DNA from: Bugula neritina | Lineage: Eukaryota > Animalia > Bryozoa | DNA: 64,000 bases | Assembly: GCA_964035545.1 (NCBI GenBank) | Contig: OZ037771.1 | Location: forward strand, 14,259,133-14,323,132 | Reading direction: 5' to 3' | Shown: positions 54,374 through 64,000 of the stretch, piece after piece | Numbering within the stretch: position 1 is the stretch's first letter | Layout of the letters: each line of letters opens with the position of its first letter | Position numbers and translations under genes: made by a program | Notes under the pieces: model-generated | What the model saw: the letters and a program-made list of their open reading frames with translations, nothing else | Database searches by the model: none | Told to the model about the DNA's origin: nothing

Positions 54374-57300
54374 ATGGACCGACAGGACATAGTTAATCTC
54401 AAGAAGCAACGTACTACTCTGAGGTCTAAGGTAACAATGCTAACTAATCTCATAGAATCAGCAATCTCTAGTAGCAACTCTACACAAGTGGAATGCCTGC
54501 GATCTCAGCTTGAATCTACATATCAAGAGTTTCTAACTATCCATTATGACTTTTTGGAATACGTTTCATCAGATGAGTCTATGGAAGACATTGCTTATGT
54601 TAATAAGATGAGTCCAGTAGAGTACTATCAAACTGTAAAGGCTAGTTATGACAAAGCTATTTCTGACTGTAATACTTGGCATAGCAAATTCTATAAAATC
54701 AAGCACAGCCTTATTTTAGCGATTAAGAAAGCCAATGGATTAGTCACTGATTGTACTGACAATACTCTTATCACTGAACATCATAGGAAATGTGTAGCTC
54801 TTTCAGAAAGTTTGGCAGATACCATAGGTTTTTCTGATTTATTATTAGAACTAGATGAAGTTATTTTATCTTTAGATTATTGTATGTCTAAGTTTACTCT
54901 TATGTCAAAGGCTCAGTCACAGAACATGAATTTCGAACACCGTGAATCTGATCCGTCCGTAGTCCGGTCCGGTCTTGCGGAGAGTGGTGTGGGTGGGGAG
55001 TCACCTTCAGACGGCGCGAGTCATGCACCGACTATGGTCGCGTCGAGTCGGTTGTTTTCTTCTAGATCACACCCTAGCACACATGAGGCTACTCTTGCAC
55101 CAAATCCAGGTGTCACAGCAAGCGGTAGTGATAGGCAGGTACTATGGGAAGATCACACATCCGGTGAAGCTTTGGCGTCAAATCCAGGTGTCATAGCAAG
55201 TACCAATGTCAGAGATGTTCGTTCTTCTACATTCTCAGTACGTGATCTACATGGTAGTACTGATCGTGCAGCTCATTCTGAATTTTTGATTCGCGGCGCA
55301 ACTTCCTCGGTTGTCAATGCATATGATAGCTACCCTAATGGAACTAGTCAAATAAGTTATGACTCTAGACATACAGGTGGAAATAACTTCAATTCATCTA
55401 TACATAAAACTCATTCACAACCCAATCCATTTAACGGCACTAGATACCATTGGCCGGAATTTAGGTCAGTGTGGCTAAGGTATGCCACTATGTTTTACGA
55501 TGATGTCGATAGGGCTTGTGAATTAAAAAAATTTCTCACAGGCGAAGCTCTGGAGATGGTTCAGCCAATCTTTGCAACTCAGCCTCAAGCTTATGAGAGA
55601 ATGATGTGTAGATTAGAAGAGGTCTACAATGATCCTAGCATGAGTGTGCAAGCAGTCTGCAACAATCTACAAGAACTAAAGCCAGTAAGGGAAGGAAATG
55701 TACGAGAACTCGTCAAAATGGCTAATGCAGTGGAAAGTTCGTACAGCCAACTCGGTGAAGTGGGACTTTTGCAAACTGTTACGCTGCCACAGGTCGATAC
55801 TCTTGCAAACCTATTACCTACAAGCATTAGACGGGACTGGGATAGACACTTTCACTCACTTACTCACGAGGAGAGAATCAAGCCATTCCCACACCTCATG
55901 AGGTTTCTAGAGCAGGAACGGCAGATAGCCCTCAGACGCATAGAAACCGTAAACCCGCAGTCCTCCAGTATGCATAAACAGAAGGTGAAAGCGTTCCACA
56001 CTGAAAGCCGTGGCCCAAAGTCTAGTAGTAACAGGTCTACTAATAATAGCAAAATCATTGATAGTGAGAATTACTGTTTTATTCATCGCAGTGAGCGTCA
56101 TTGTCTTGTTGAGTGCAGAAATTTCTTGGCGTTGTCTGTAGATGAAAGATACAAGTTAATAAAAACTAATTCTCTATGTGTTAGGTGCTTGGGTGCCCAT
56201 GAGCCTAAGCGCTGTCCAAATTTCCGAACCCCTTGTCCAGTCTGTGATAAAACAACCCACCATGTATTATTGTGCATCAAATCAGCTGAAACTAATACAC
56301 ATACCAATTGTAATACCAACAAGAATAAAGCAAGAGCTGATCAAATTAAGCACAAGAGTAACGAGAATTCTGAAGCGTCTGCTGTTAGCACCACGGTCCG
56401 TGTGTCTCCCAATCATGGAGCGCACAATCATCCAGGAAATGCTACAGTATTTGCCATTCAGCAGGCTCAAGTAGTGGGTACATCTCATACAGCTATTATA
56501 TTCTTTGACGGCGGATCCAATGCGTCATTCATATCGGAGAGAGCTGCTAAAGCGTGGGGTGCGCGACAGATAGATAAGGTGAATTTGGAAATGAACACAC
56601 TTGGTGAACATGAAGTTAGCGAAACTTCTACTATTTATGAAGTAAAGTTACAAACTCCAAGAGGAAAGACCTTTGCGATTTTAGCTTACAGCCTTCGGAA
56701 ACTCACAGGAGCTATCAACAGGCCACTTGATGCAAACATACTCGGATCTCTGTTCCCAAAAGTAGACACTAGCAAGCTATTGAAGAAGACGGGATCTATC
56801 GACCTGCTAATTGGTAACGATCTTCTTGGATTGCATCCAAAACACCAAGTTGATCAAGCAGGACCGCACCTCTATGTATATTCTGGACCCTTTGGACTGT
56901 GTGTGCAGGGATCACACCCTGCCCTTAGCAACTTTTCTACACTTCCATCCTCATTTTTCCATGTACAGGCTACCATGGCGCATGAGAAGTTAGAGGAAGT
57001 TGAATTCACTCAAAGCATTCACAACAAAACGCTCAACAGTTGTGATTTTGAATTGTCTACAGTTTCTACGCCGACTTACAGTGTCAATAGTCCCGACGCA
57101 TCTCCCAGTCAGTTTGCAAAGTCATTTTCAAGACCTCAGACTATTATAAATTGTGGTGAATCACACACTATAGCCACTGAATGTGGTATGATTGAGTCAG
57201 CCGATGATTCCGACCCTTTACAGAGCCCGGGAGACCCAGACACTGAGTCTGCAGGACAAATCGGTTCTGGACAGTTGAACAGATCTTTAGAAGTCAATGA

Positions 57301-59398
57301 CTCTATGTCCATGTCTGTAGAGATTAAAAGAAAGTATGAATTTACTAGCAGTACCTCTATCACACAATCCACGCCTGTTCCGGCCAATGAGAGGGCAGAA
57401 TCTAAAGCGACTGCTAAAGGGGTAAACAAAGCTACAGCTAAATGTCGTATAGCACCCATAAAACAACAACTCAAGATTCCTCAACTAGAACTCAATGCGG
57501 CCGTATGGTCAAAGAGAGGCAGACAAGTTATTAAGACTGAAATGCGCTATGAGTTTGAGAAAGTTTATCAGCTTATCAATTCTAAAACGGTGCTCAAGAT
57601 GTTCCAAAAGAAGTCAACAAGGTTTCATGTTTACGAAGGTGTACGCATTGGAGAAATTCAGGGAGCAACCAATGGGGATATGAGCTGCTGGCACTGGGTA
57701 AGTGGCAAGAAAAATACAGCAGATTGGCTTACAAGAGGGAAGCCTGTCAATGACATTGGACCTGAGAGTGAATGGTGGAGAGGCCCAAATTTTCTCTATC
57801 TGCCTGAGGATCAATGGGATATAAAATCGCCATCTGACTCGAATGAGCTTGTCTTTGGAGAGAAGAAAATAGTTTACACCGTCACTGCATCAACAGAAGT
57901 CCAATCATTTATTAAATATGAAAATTTCAGCAGCCTCAAGAGTCTAACATGGACAATAGCTCGAGTTCGCAACATCTTCAAATACAAAAGTTTTAAGGGA
58001 ATCCAATCTGATCTCATCACCGTGGAAGATCTACGGCAGACCAAACTCTACTTACCGAAGCAGGTACAACGCACTATAGATTCTGAGTTGAGCAAGATTA
58101 AAGGGAAATACACAAGGCTTCACCCCATTAAGACAGAGAGTGAAGTATGGATAGTAGGCAGTAGACTCCTAAGGCATAACCCCATGACAGCGATTAAGAC
58201 GCACATGCAATCAATCCTTCCCACCACTCACTACTTTACCTACTTGGCAATGCGGCAGGCACATACAGACAGCTATTACCGTGGCCGAGATGCAACACTC
58301 GCAAGATTCCGAGAAGAGTTTTGGACTATGCAGGGATCTAAGGTTGCTAGGGGCATAGTAACATCATGCCAAATGTGTCGACTCAAACAACCTCGCTTTA
58401 CTGATCAACTGATGGGAAGTCTACCTACAGAACGACTAACAACCGGACCGCCGTTCCACAATGTAATGATAGATCTTTTTAGTCCGTATATTGTGAGAGG
58501 AGAAAAACAGACTAGAACTTCGAGCAAAGTTTATGGAGTAATATTCACGGACATCAGTTCACGAGCAGCACACATCGAAGCAGTTTTCGGATATGACAGT
58601 GATTCTTTCCTGTTGGCATTAACTCGATTTGTCAACATTCGTGGCTGGCCATCCAAGATTTATTCTGATCCTGGAACACAGTTAGCTGAAGCAGAAAAAG
58701 AACTCAAAGATATGTGGGGACGCATGGGCAAAGGTTCTATCAAGAAAACCAGTGCAAAAAATGGGTTGCAATGGGAATTTGGACCTGGTGACAGCCCCTG
58801 GTATCAGGGCGCTGCTGAATCACTCATAAAGGCTGTCAAGAGATGTTTCACATTTTTAATGAGCAACCGCCGGCTTTCACCTACAGAATTTCTCACAATC
58901 TGCACTGAAGCTGCAAACACACTAAATGAAAGGCCATTGGGATTACTGCCAGATTCAGACTCCGAGGTCAACATATTAACACCTAACTGTCAACTTATTA
59001 GACGACCCTTCATCAAGAATCCTGGCAACTGGAATACAGACCACTCCTTAAGGGGGCGACTGGCTTTGGTAAATACAGTCTCAGATGACTTCTGGCGGAA
59101 GTGGACCGAATTGTATGCACCCACACTGATTTATCACCAAAAGTGGCATACCCCAAGACGAAACTTTCAGGTGGGAGATGTTGTAGTTGTTATGGATCCA
59201 AATCAGCTGCGTAATCAGTATAAACTAGCTCGAGTACATCAAGTATATCCGAGCAAGGATGGCATAGTAAGGAAAGTAGCCCTTTCCTACAAAAACTATA
59301 AGGTAGCAGGGAAACTGAGGGACTATGTAGGCTGTAAAGACACTATCATAACCCGCAGCGTGCATAGGTTGGCTTTATTAACTGAAGTAAACCCATAA
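54374..59398 (+). CDS. BEL/Pao gag-protease-(partial RNase H)-integrase polyprotein, 1674 aa, no RT
   Basis: Gag PFNGTRYHWPEFRSVW, BEL-type Cys/His knuckles (CFIH..H..C, CVRC..H..C, CPVC..HH..LC), protease FFDGGSNASFI (about 56507), Pao RNase H tail AKCRIAP..IPQLEL..NTADWLTRG, integrase IDLF/YSDPG/GAAE with 50-aa D-E spacing, C-terminal QVGDVV..DGIVRKV. No YxDD motif. Confidence 0.9.
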   Translation: MDRQDIVNLKKQRTTLRSKVTMLTNLIESAISSSNSTQVECLRSQLESTYQEFLTIHYDFLEYVSSDESMEDIAYVNKMSPVEYYQTVKASYDKAISDCNTWHSKFYKIKHSLILAIKKANGLVTDCTDNTLITEHHRKCVALSESLADTIGFSDLLLELDEVILSLDYCMSKFTLMSKAQSQNMNFEHRESDPSVVRSGLAESGVGGESPSDGASHAPTMVASSRLFSSRSHPSTHEATLAPNPGVTASGSDRQVLWEDHTSGEALASNPGVIASTNVRDVRSSTFSVRDLHGSTDRAAHSEFLIRGATSSVVNAYDSYPNGTSQISYDSRHTGGNNFNSSIHKTHSQPNPFNGTRYHWPEFRSVWLRYATMFYDDVDRACELKKFLTGEALEMVQPIFATQPQAYERMMCRLEEVYNDPSMSVQAVCNNLQELKPVREGNVRELVKMANAVESSYSQLGEVGLLQTVTLPQVDTLANLLPTSIRRDWDRHFHSLTHEERIKPFPHLMRFLEQERQIALRRIETVNPQSSSMHKQKVKAFHTESRGPKSSSNRSTNNSKIIDSENYCFIHRSERHCLVECRNFLALSVDERYKLIKTNSLCVRCLGAHEPKRCPNFRTPCPVCDKTTHHVLLCIKSAETNTHTNCNTNKNKARADQIKHKSNENSEASAVSTTVRVSPNHGAHNHPGNATVFAIQQAQVVGTSHTAIIFFDGGSNASFISERAAKAWGARQIDKVNLEMNTLGEHEVSETSTIYEVKLQTPRGKTFAILAYSLRKLTGAINRPLDANILGSLFPKVDTSKLLKKTGSIDLLIGNDLLGLHPKHQVDQAGPHLYVYSGPFGLCVQGSHPALSNFSTLPSSFFHVQATMAHEKLEEVEFTQSIHNKTLNSCDFELSTVSTPTYSVNSPDASPSQFAKSFSRPQTIINCGESHTIATECGMIESADDSDPLQSPGDPDTESAGQIGSGQLNRSLEVNDSMSMSVEIKRKYEFTSSTSITQSTPVPANERAESKATAKGVNKATAKCRIAPIKQQLKIPQLELNAAVWSKRGRQVIKTEMRYEFEKVYQLINSKTVLKMFQKKSTRFHVYEGVRIGEIQGATNGDMSCWHWVSGKKNTADWLTRGKPVNDIGPESEWWRGPNFLYLPEDQWDIKSPSDSNELVFGEKKIVYTVTASTEVQSFIKYENFSSLKSLTWTIARVRNIFKYKSFKGIQSDLITVEDLRQTKLYLPKQVQRTIDSELSKIKGKYTRLHPIKTESEVWIVGSRLLRHNPMTAIKTHMQSILPTTHYFTYLAMRQAHTDSYYRGRDATLARFREEFWTMQGSKVARGIVTSCQMCRLKQPRFTDQLMGSLPTERLTTGPPFHNVMIDLFSPYIVRGEKQTRTSSKVYGVIFTDISSRAAHIEAVFGYDSDSFLLALTRFVNIRGWPSKIYSDPGTQLAEAEKELKDMWGRMGKGSIKKTSAKNGLQWEFGPGDSPWYQGAAESLIKAVKRCFTFLMSNRRLSPTEFLTICTEAANTLNERPLGLLPDSDSEVNILTPNCQLIRRPFIKNPGNWNTDHSLRGRLALVNTVSDDFWRKWTELYAPTLIYHQKWHTPRRNFQVGDVVVVMDPNQLRNQYKLARVHQVYPSKDGIVRKVALSYKNYKVAGKLRDYVGCKDTIITRSVHRLALLTEVNP

Positions 59399-59627
59399 AT
59401 GACTGATCTACCTTCTTGGCCGCGTGTACGCTCGTGTCGCTGGAGGGGTCTGCATTCAACCGTTTTTCGGGGGACGGGCTGGTGCGCGGAGGGGTCAGCG
59501 GATTGGTGCAAGAATTTCATGGTCTGTGACTGATCCTATTTTGTTTTGTTTGTTTTGTTTGTTTTGATTTACATAATTTATCAATATTTGTCAGAATAGT
59601 ATCTGCCAAACAATTCGACCCCACCGA

Positions 59628-60078
59628 TGTATTGGTATGCCACCCAGAAGTATTGGCAGGCAGCCAATCATTAAAGCTTTCAAGCTTCAAAAGCTTTCAC
59701 CAAAGCTACTATTAGCTGGCAGAGCTAGTTCATTCACTGTACTGCATGAGTCAGTGTATCATGATCAAACCGCCATATTTACACTCTTTGTATGAATAAA
59801 CTATCGGTTTCGGTATTGTGATGGCTAAGATTTTTATCCACGCATCAATATTGTAAGTTTATTAGAATTACAATAGTTCATGTCAATTTTTTGGTTCTGT
59901 AATATTCATAGTGTTCCTCTGAATTTTGATTTATATTGTGACTACTTATTTATACAATTTCTAATGTTTCCCATTTTATAGGGTACGATTTGACAGTTAA
60001 TAAACTCGAAAACCTGTTGCCAAGTTGGCTAGTAGTTAAAGCATATCTTGCAACCAGACACAAACACAAACCGATACA
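59628..60078 (+). repeat. 3' LTR
   Basis: Same sequence as the 5' LTR; followed by TSD AATAC. Confidence 0.95.
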
Positions 60079-61959
60079 AATACTAATAGTAATAGTAATA
60101 CTAATACTGCTATAGGCCTAAGTATAACTATAAGTTATATTTAAAATCATCTTAATTAAATTAATTCATTAATTAAATCATCACATATCAGCATTAGTAT
60201 AGTATTAGTATTATTACAATACTAGTATTTTAACTTGCTATAGTTTTGTTATCTATATTGACATTCACACCAGTCTCTGAATAAGAAATAAATCAGTGTA
60301 TTTTTGAAGCATGGGTACTACACTCTACTACTACTACTACTATTTGAGCCTGTGCAAGAGTACAAGATTGAACAAAGTTTTTTATTTGCCGAAAAAATAG
60401 CTTGCGTGTCGATCTATTAACTTGACAGTTATTGCTCGACCGTCGTTGATAGCCCAAACTTTAAGCTCGGTATAAAAACCTGGTTCAACACTATGTCGAT
60501 TTTGTATTTTGATACCAAAGAGTTTATAGCCCAAAGAAATTACTTTTTTAATCCACTAGAGATTGAGTTGAGATCAAAAACACACAGAAGACTCGTTGCG
60601 AGATACCAGACTAGTTACCAGTGAGCTCCCCATTGCGTTTTCTTATAAACATACTTAGAACTTTCCAATGCATATTCTGTCATGACTGACTACTGGTCTA
60701 GTATTACTATTTGTAACTCAAACTGAAACTGACAAATCTAATGACTTTCACATTGACTAGCTAAGTAACTTCAAGTTGATATTATATTACTTTTACAAGC
60801 TAATCCAATACGCCCTTGAACATTAATTAGGAAGAGATAAATTGATAAACTTGTTTTTATAACAACTAGTAGACTGAATTTAAAGTGCCATAGTTTATTG
60901 ACAGTAAGAGTAATACTAATACTAACAGTAACAGTAATACTAATAGTAATAGTTGTCTAAGTTAGTATCATAGTGATAGTACTACTACTAGTACTACTAG
61001 TACTAGTACTACTTCTACTAGTACTAGTAGCAGTAGAACTAAACGTATTACTTAGTAATCACTAGTCAGTACGTAAGTTAATAACTATATCAATATGAAT
61101 ATGTATAAGACTAAGTATAACGCAAGCTATAGCTATAACACTAACAGTTACTGTTAGTGTAAGTGTTAGTGTCAGACTATAACTATAAGTATAAGATTAA
61201 GTATAACACATTTACTGTTTAGATTTAGTCATTGTCATGCTCATAGTCATAGTCATACTGATACTATTCTAATTATGACTATAGACTATAGATTTAGACT
61301 AAAATTAAGTTGAAGTATAAGATTGAGATAAATTCAAATTGAAATAATTATTATATTTCATTATTTGTAAATGTAATTATTAATGTTATGATAATTATAT
61401 TTAATTTCATTATAATAATTTTAATTATAATGATATTAAATTTAAAATCAATATAAATAACTTTAAAGTTAAAGTGAAAAAAGTTGAAAAACATTCTTAT
61501 AAGTTATACTTATACTATAAGTATGACTATCACTATAAGTTATAGTGATAGTCATACTCATACTCATAGTCATACTCTTACAGTTACTGATAATACAACT
61601 CAAATCAAATGTGGTATTGATAGTGATACTCATACTGATACTGATAGTATAACATGTAACAGTAATATTGATGCAGATATATGTATAATTATATCATAAT
61701 GATAATCATAATGATAATAATAATCAATATTATAATATTAGTTTTTATTTGATAAAATCAAGTATACTATTAACAATAATATTTAATTTAATTATAAGAT
61801 CAAGTATAAAATCAAAACTAAGATTAACTCATTGAGTTTAACTTTAAATTTATATAATTATCTCAATTTAAGTGGTATATAATACTAGCAATTAGCTTAG
61901 CATTAATATTTATAACAATTTTAATTTTTGTTTTAATCATTGTGATTGAAACATACAAA

Positions 61960-62500
61960 TAATTAGCTCAAAGTGCCTGTGTAAAGTACGTAGAAATATA
62001 TTTGGTACCAGAATTAAGGTGGGACTATCACATTAACTTATCGTGATTAACACAGTAGTGACTAAAGCGATTGTTGTCTGTAGTAAGTTTAATTGAATGT
62101 GTATTTCATGATGCACCAGTTAAAGTTAAGCTCACAGCAGCATACACCACTCTGTGTGAACCACTTTTAGAGTACATCTGCGGGAATTGGAACCTTGCAC
62201 ATCAAACATTATGTAACAGTCTTAAACAAGTGCAAAATAAGGCAGATCGTTTGTACAATGCCTGAAAGGCTGGGATGCCTCAGTAACTCATACAAAGGCT
62301 GAGTTGACACTATCGACTTGAAAAAAACTAGAAAACGTTGTAGAATAATTTTATTGTTTAAAGTGTTGCAACATGAATTGTTATTCCTTAACCTGAAACT
62401 CTTAATTCTAAAAAATCTATTCGTATTGTCAATTCAAGAAAACAAGACTCTTTCAATTTGTTGACCTGTAATACGAATAAGTCCCTACATAACTTCCTCA
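61960..62500 (+). mobile_element. Decayed non-LTR retrotransposon (CR1/L2-like) RT C-terminal fragment
   Basis: Frameshifted VKYV..LRWDYHIN and AYTTLCEPLLEYICGNW..LKQVQNKADR, typical of the post-RT region. Confidence 0.65.
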
Positions 62501-63190
62501 TTACAACAGCTCTTCAACTACACCCTAGAAAATTTATAGTAGATTAATAAAAAAAATACATGTAACTCTGATAGCTTTCCATTATCTGTGGTCTTGGTCA
62601 TAATAATTATATAATTATTGAATAATAATTCAATATTGAATTATGATAATGATGATCATTATAATATGGTATAATATTATTTATGGTTTGTTTGGATAGA
62701 TTTGGGCGAGACTGGCTGTGACTGCAATCATAAGTATAACAGTGTGACATCAGACAGTTTGCTATTTGTTGTAGATAGAATAATGAATTTTTTCAGAAAA
62801 GAGCTACAGGAATACATAAATTATTCATAAATCGTTCATATTATATAATCTTTTCAACATTCTGACTCCTTTTTATTTAAAATAACTTCTTACATTTGTT
62901 TTGCAAGAATACGATATTTGTAGTCAGATTTTTCGCTCATGCTATACCAATAGGTATAATTCAGTGTAGTATTGCACCATGCTTTAAATAGTTTGCTAAA
63001 AAAATACTTTATGGCATTTACGAAACTATTTCTACAGCAATTTTTGAAAAGTTGCTATGTTTTTGTTGTTCATTAAGAAGAGAAATTCTGATTTTTTTTT
63101 TTGGTTAAAACTCAAGAAGTTATTTTAAGTCACCTGAAAATTTCTAATTTTATTATGTCTTATTATGTTTCAGCCTCTCTTTCTGAATCC

Positions 63191-63863
63191 ATGGAAGGAG
63201 GGATTCGCTCGGCACGAGCAAAGTATGCCTTCAAAGCTACAAACAACGACGAACTTTCCTTCCAGAAAGGTGACACAATTACCCTCACACAGCCGATAGA
63301 TGGGGGCTGGTGGGAAGGCACCCTCAATGGTAAAACCGGATGGTTCCCTAGCAACTATGTAATTGAACTGCAAACAGGTAAGCTCGCCTGTGAATTAATC
63401 TGAATAATTCTATCTAAGACAGCCTTTTAGTATATATTGTGGTTGATTTTTGTTAATTTTATTTATTTTGAAGATGTGTAATATTTGTATCATGGTAAGT
63501 ACACCTTGAAAAACCTTCAAATTTGTTGACTGGAATTAGTTGTGTTGTTAGTTCTCTTGAGCTATCTATTTGCATCTTTGTTAGTTTATCTTCTTTTTTA
63601 TCAATTCTGTTCTGTAAACATTGCAAATTAATTAGAGCCATCAAATGTTAATTTGTGTTATGACTATGTCTGCTGGTGTAGAGTTTGGGGTCTTGGAAAA
63701 CCCCGTATATAATGGGACAACTCTCTATTATCTCATAAATTTTAAAACTTCCCATCTTTTTAGTTCTTGTATTCTTATTTTAGATGAATCTGCTTTATCA
63801 CCATCATCCAATCAGATCAATTCTCTCACAGACATTCCTGTTAAAGAACAGCATCACTTATTG
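63191..63863 (+). CDS. ARHGEF7: Rho guanine nucleotide exchange factor 7 (beta-PIX), first two coding exons; continues beyond window
   Basis: Exon 63191-63377 encodes SH3 ARAKYAFKATNNDELSFQKGD..GGWWEGTLNGKTGWFPSNYV. Exon 63784-63863 is in phase and ends KEQHHLL at the expected DH-domain entry. Acceptor at 63173. Confidence 0.8.
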
Positions 63864-64000
63864 GTTAGTTTTGTGTGCTTGATGTCTTTTCCAGGACATG
63901 TTATAGTACATAGGATATATTTAATATCGTAGTGTAGCAAAATCTCCCAATGTCCTCTGTATCACCCAGCTAATGATAGGTTTAAATTTTAGACATTGAG

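Larger units (their letters stand above)
53901..60078 (+). mobile_element. BEL/Pao LTR retrotransposon, RT-deleted, recent insertion
   Basis: LTRs 53901-54351 and 59628-60078 (451 bp, TG...CA, no difference found by eye). TSD AATAC at 53896-53900 and 60079-60083. Single gag-pol ORF. Confidence 0.95.

Overview
AT-rich, intron-rich animal genomic DNA. A protostome, probably lophotrochozoan, invertebrate is inferred from the paramyosin. All gene models were assembled by eye from GT-AG boundaries with codon-phase checks. Left to right: (1) a complete paramyosin gene (minus strand, 868 aa main isoform) with two duplicated head exons and two apparently mutually exclusive tail exons; (2) a tandem PHF21A/BHC80-like family on the minus strand, made of a full-length 871-aa gene (34686-41469), two shortened paralogs that share a newly gained ATG (one lacks the PHD finger, the other ends just after it), and decayed PHD modules; (3) a 3.1-kb internally deleted PIF/Harbinger transposon that keeps an intact MADF domain; (4) NDUFAF4 (minus strand, 3 coding exons); (5) a very young BEL/Pao LTR retrotransposon with apparently identical 451-bp LTRs and an AATAC TSD, whose single 1674-aa ORF lacks reverse transcriptase, and which has no tRNA PBS and no polypurine tract but a strongly base-paired 3' region; (6) a decayed LINE fragment and the first coding exons of ARHGEF7/beta-PIX. 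Many introns carry minisatellites that generate spurious long ORFs. The best candidates for new biology are the complementary truncated PHF21A paralogs, the RT-less LTR element with non-canonical priming sites, and the paramyosin head and tail isoform switches.
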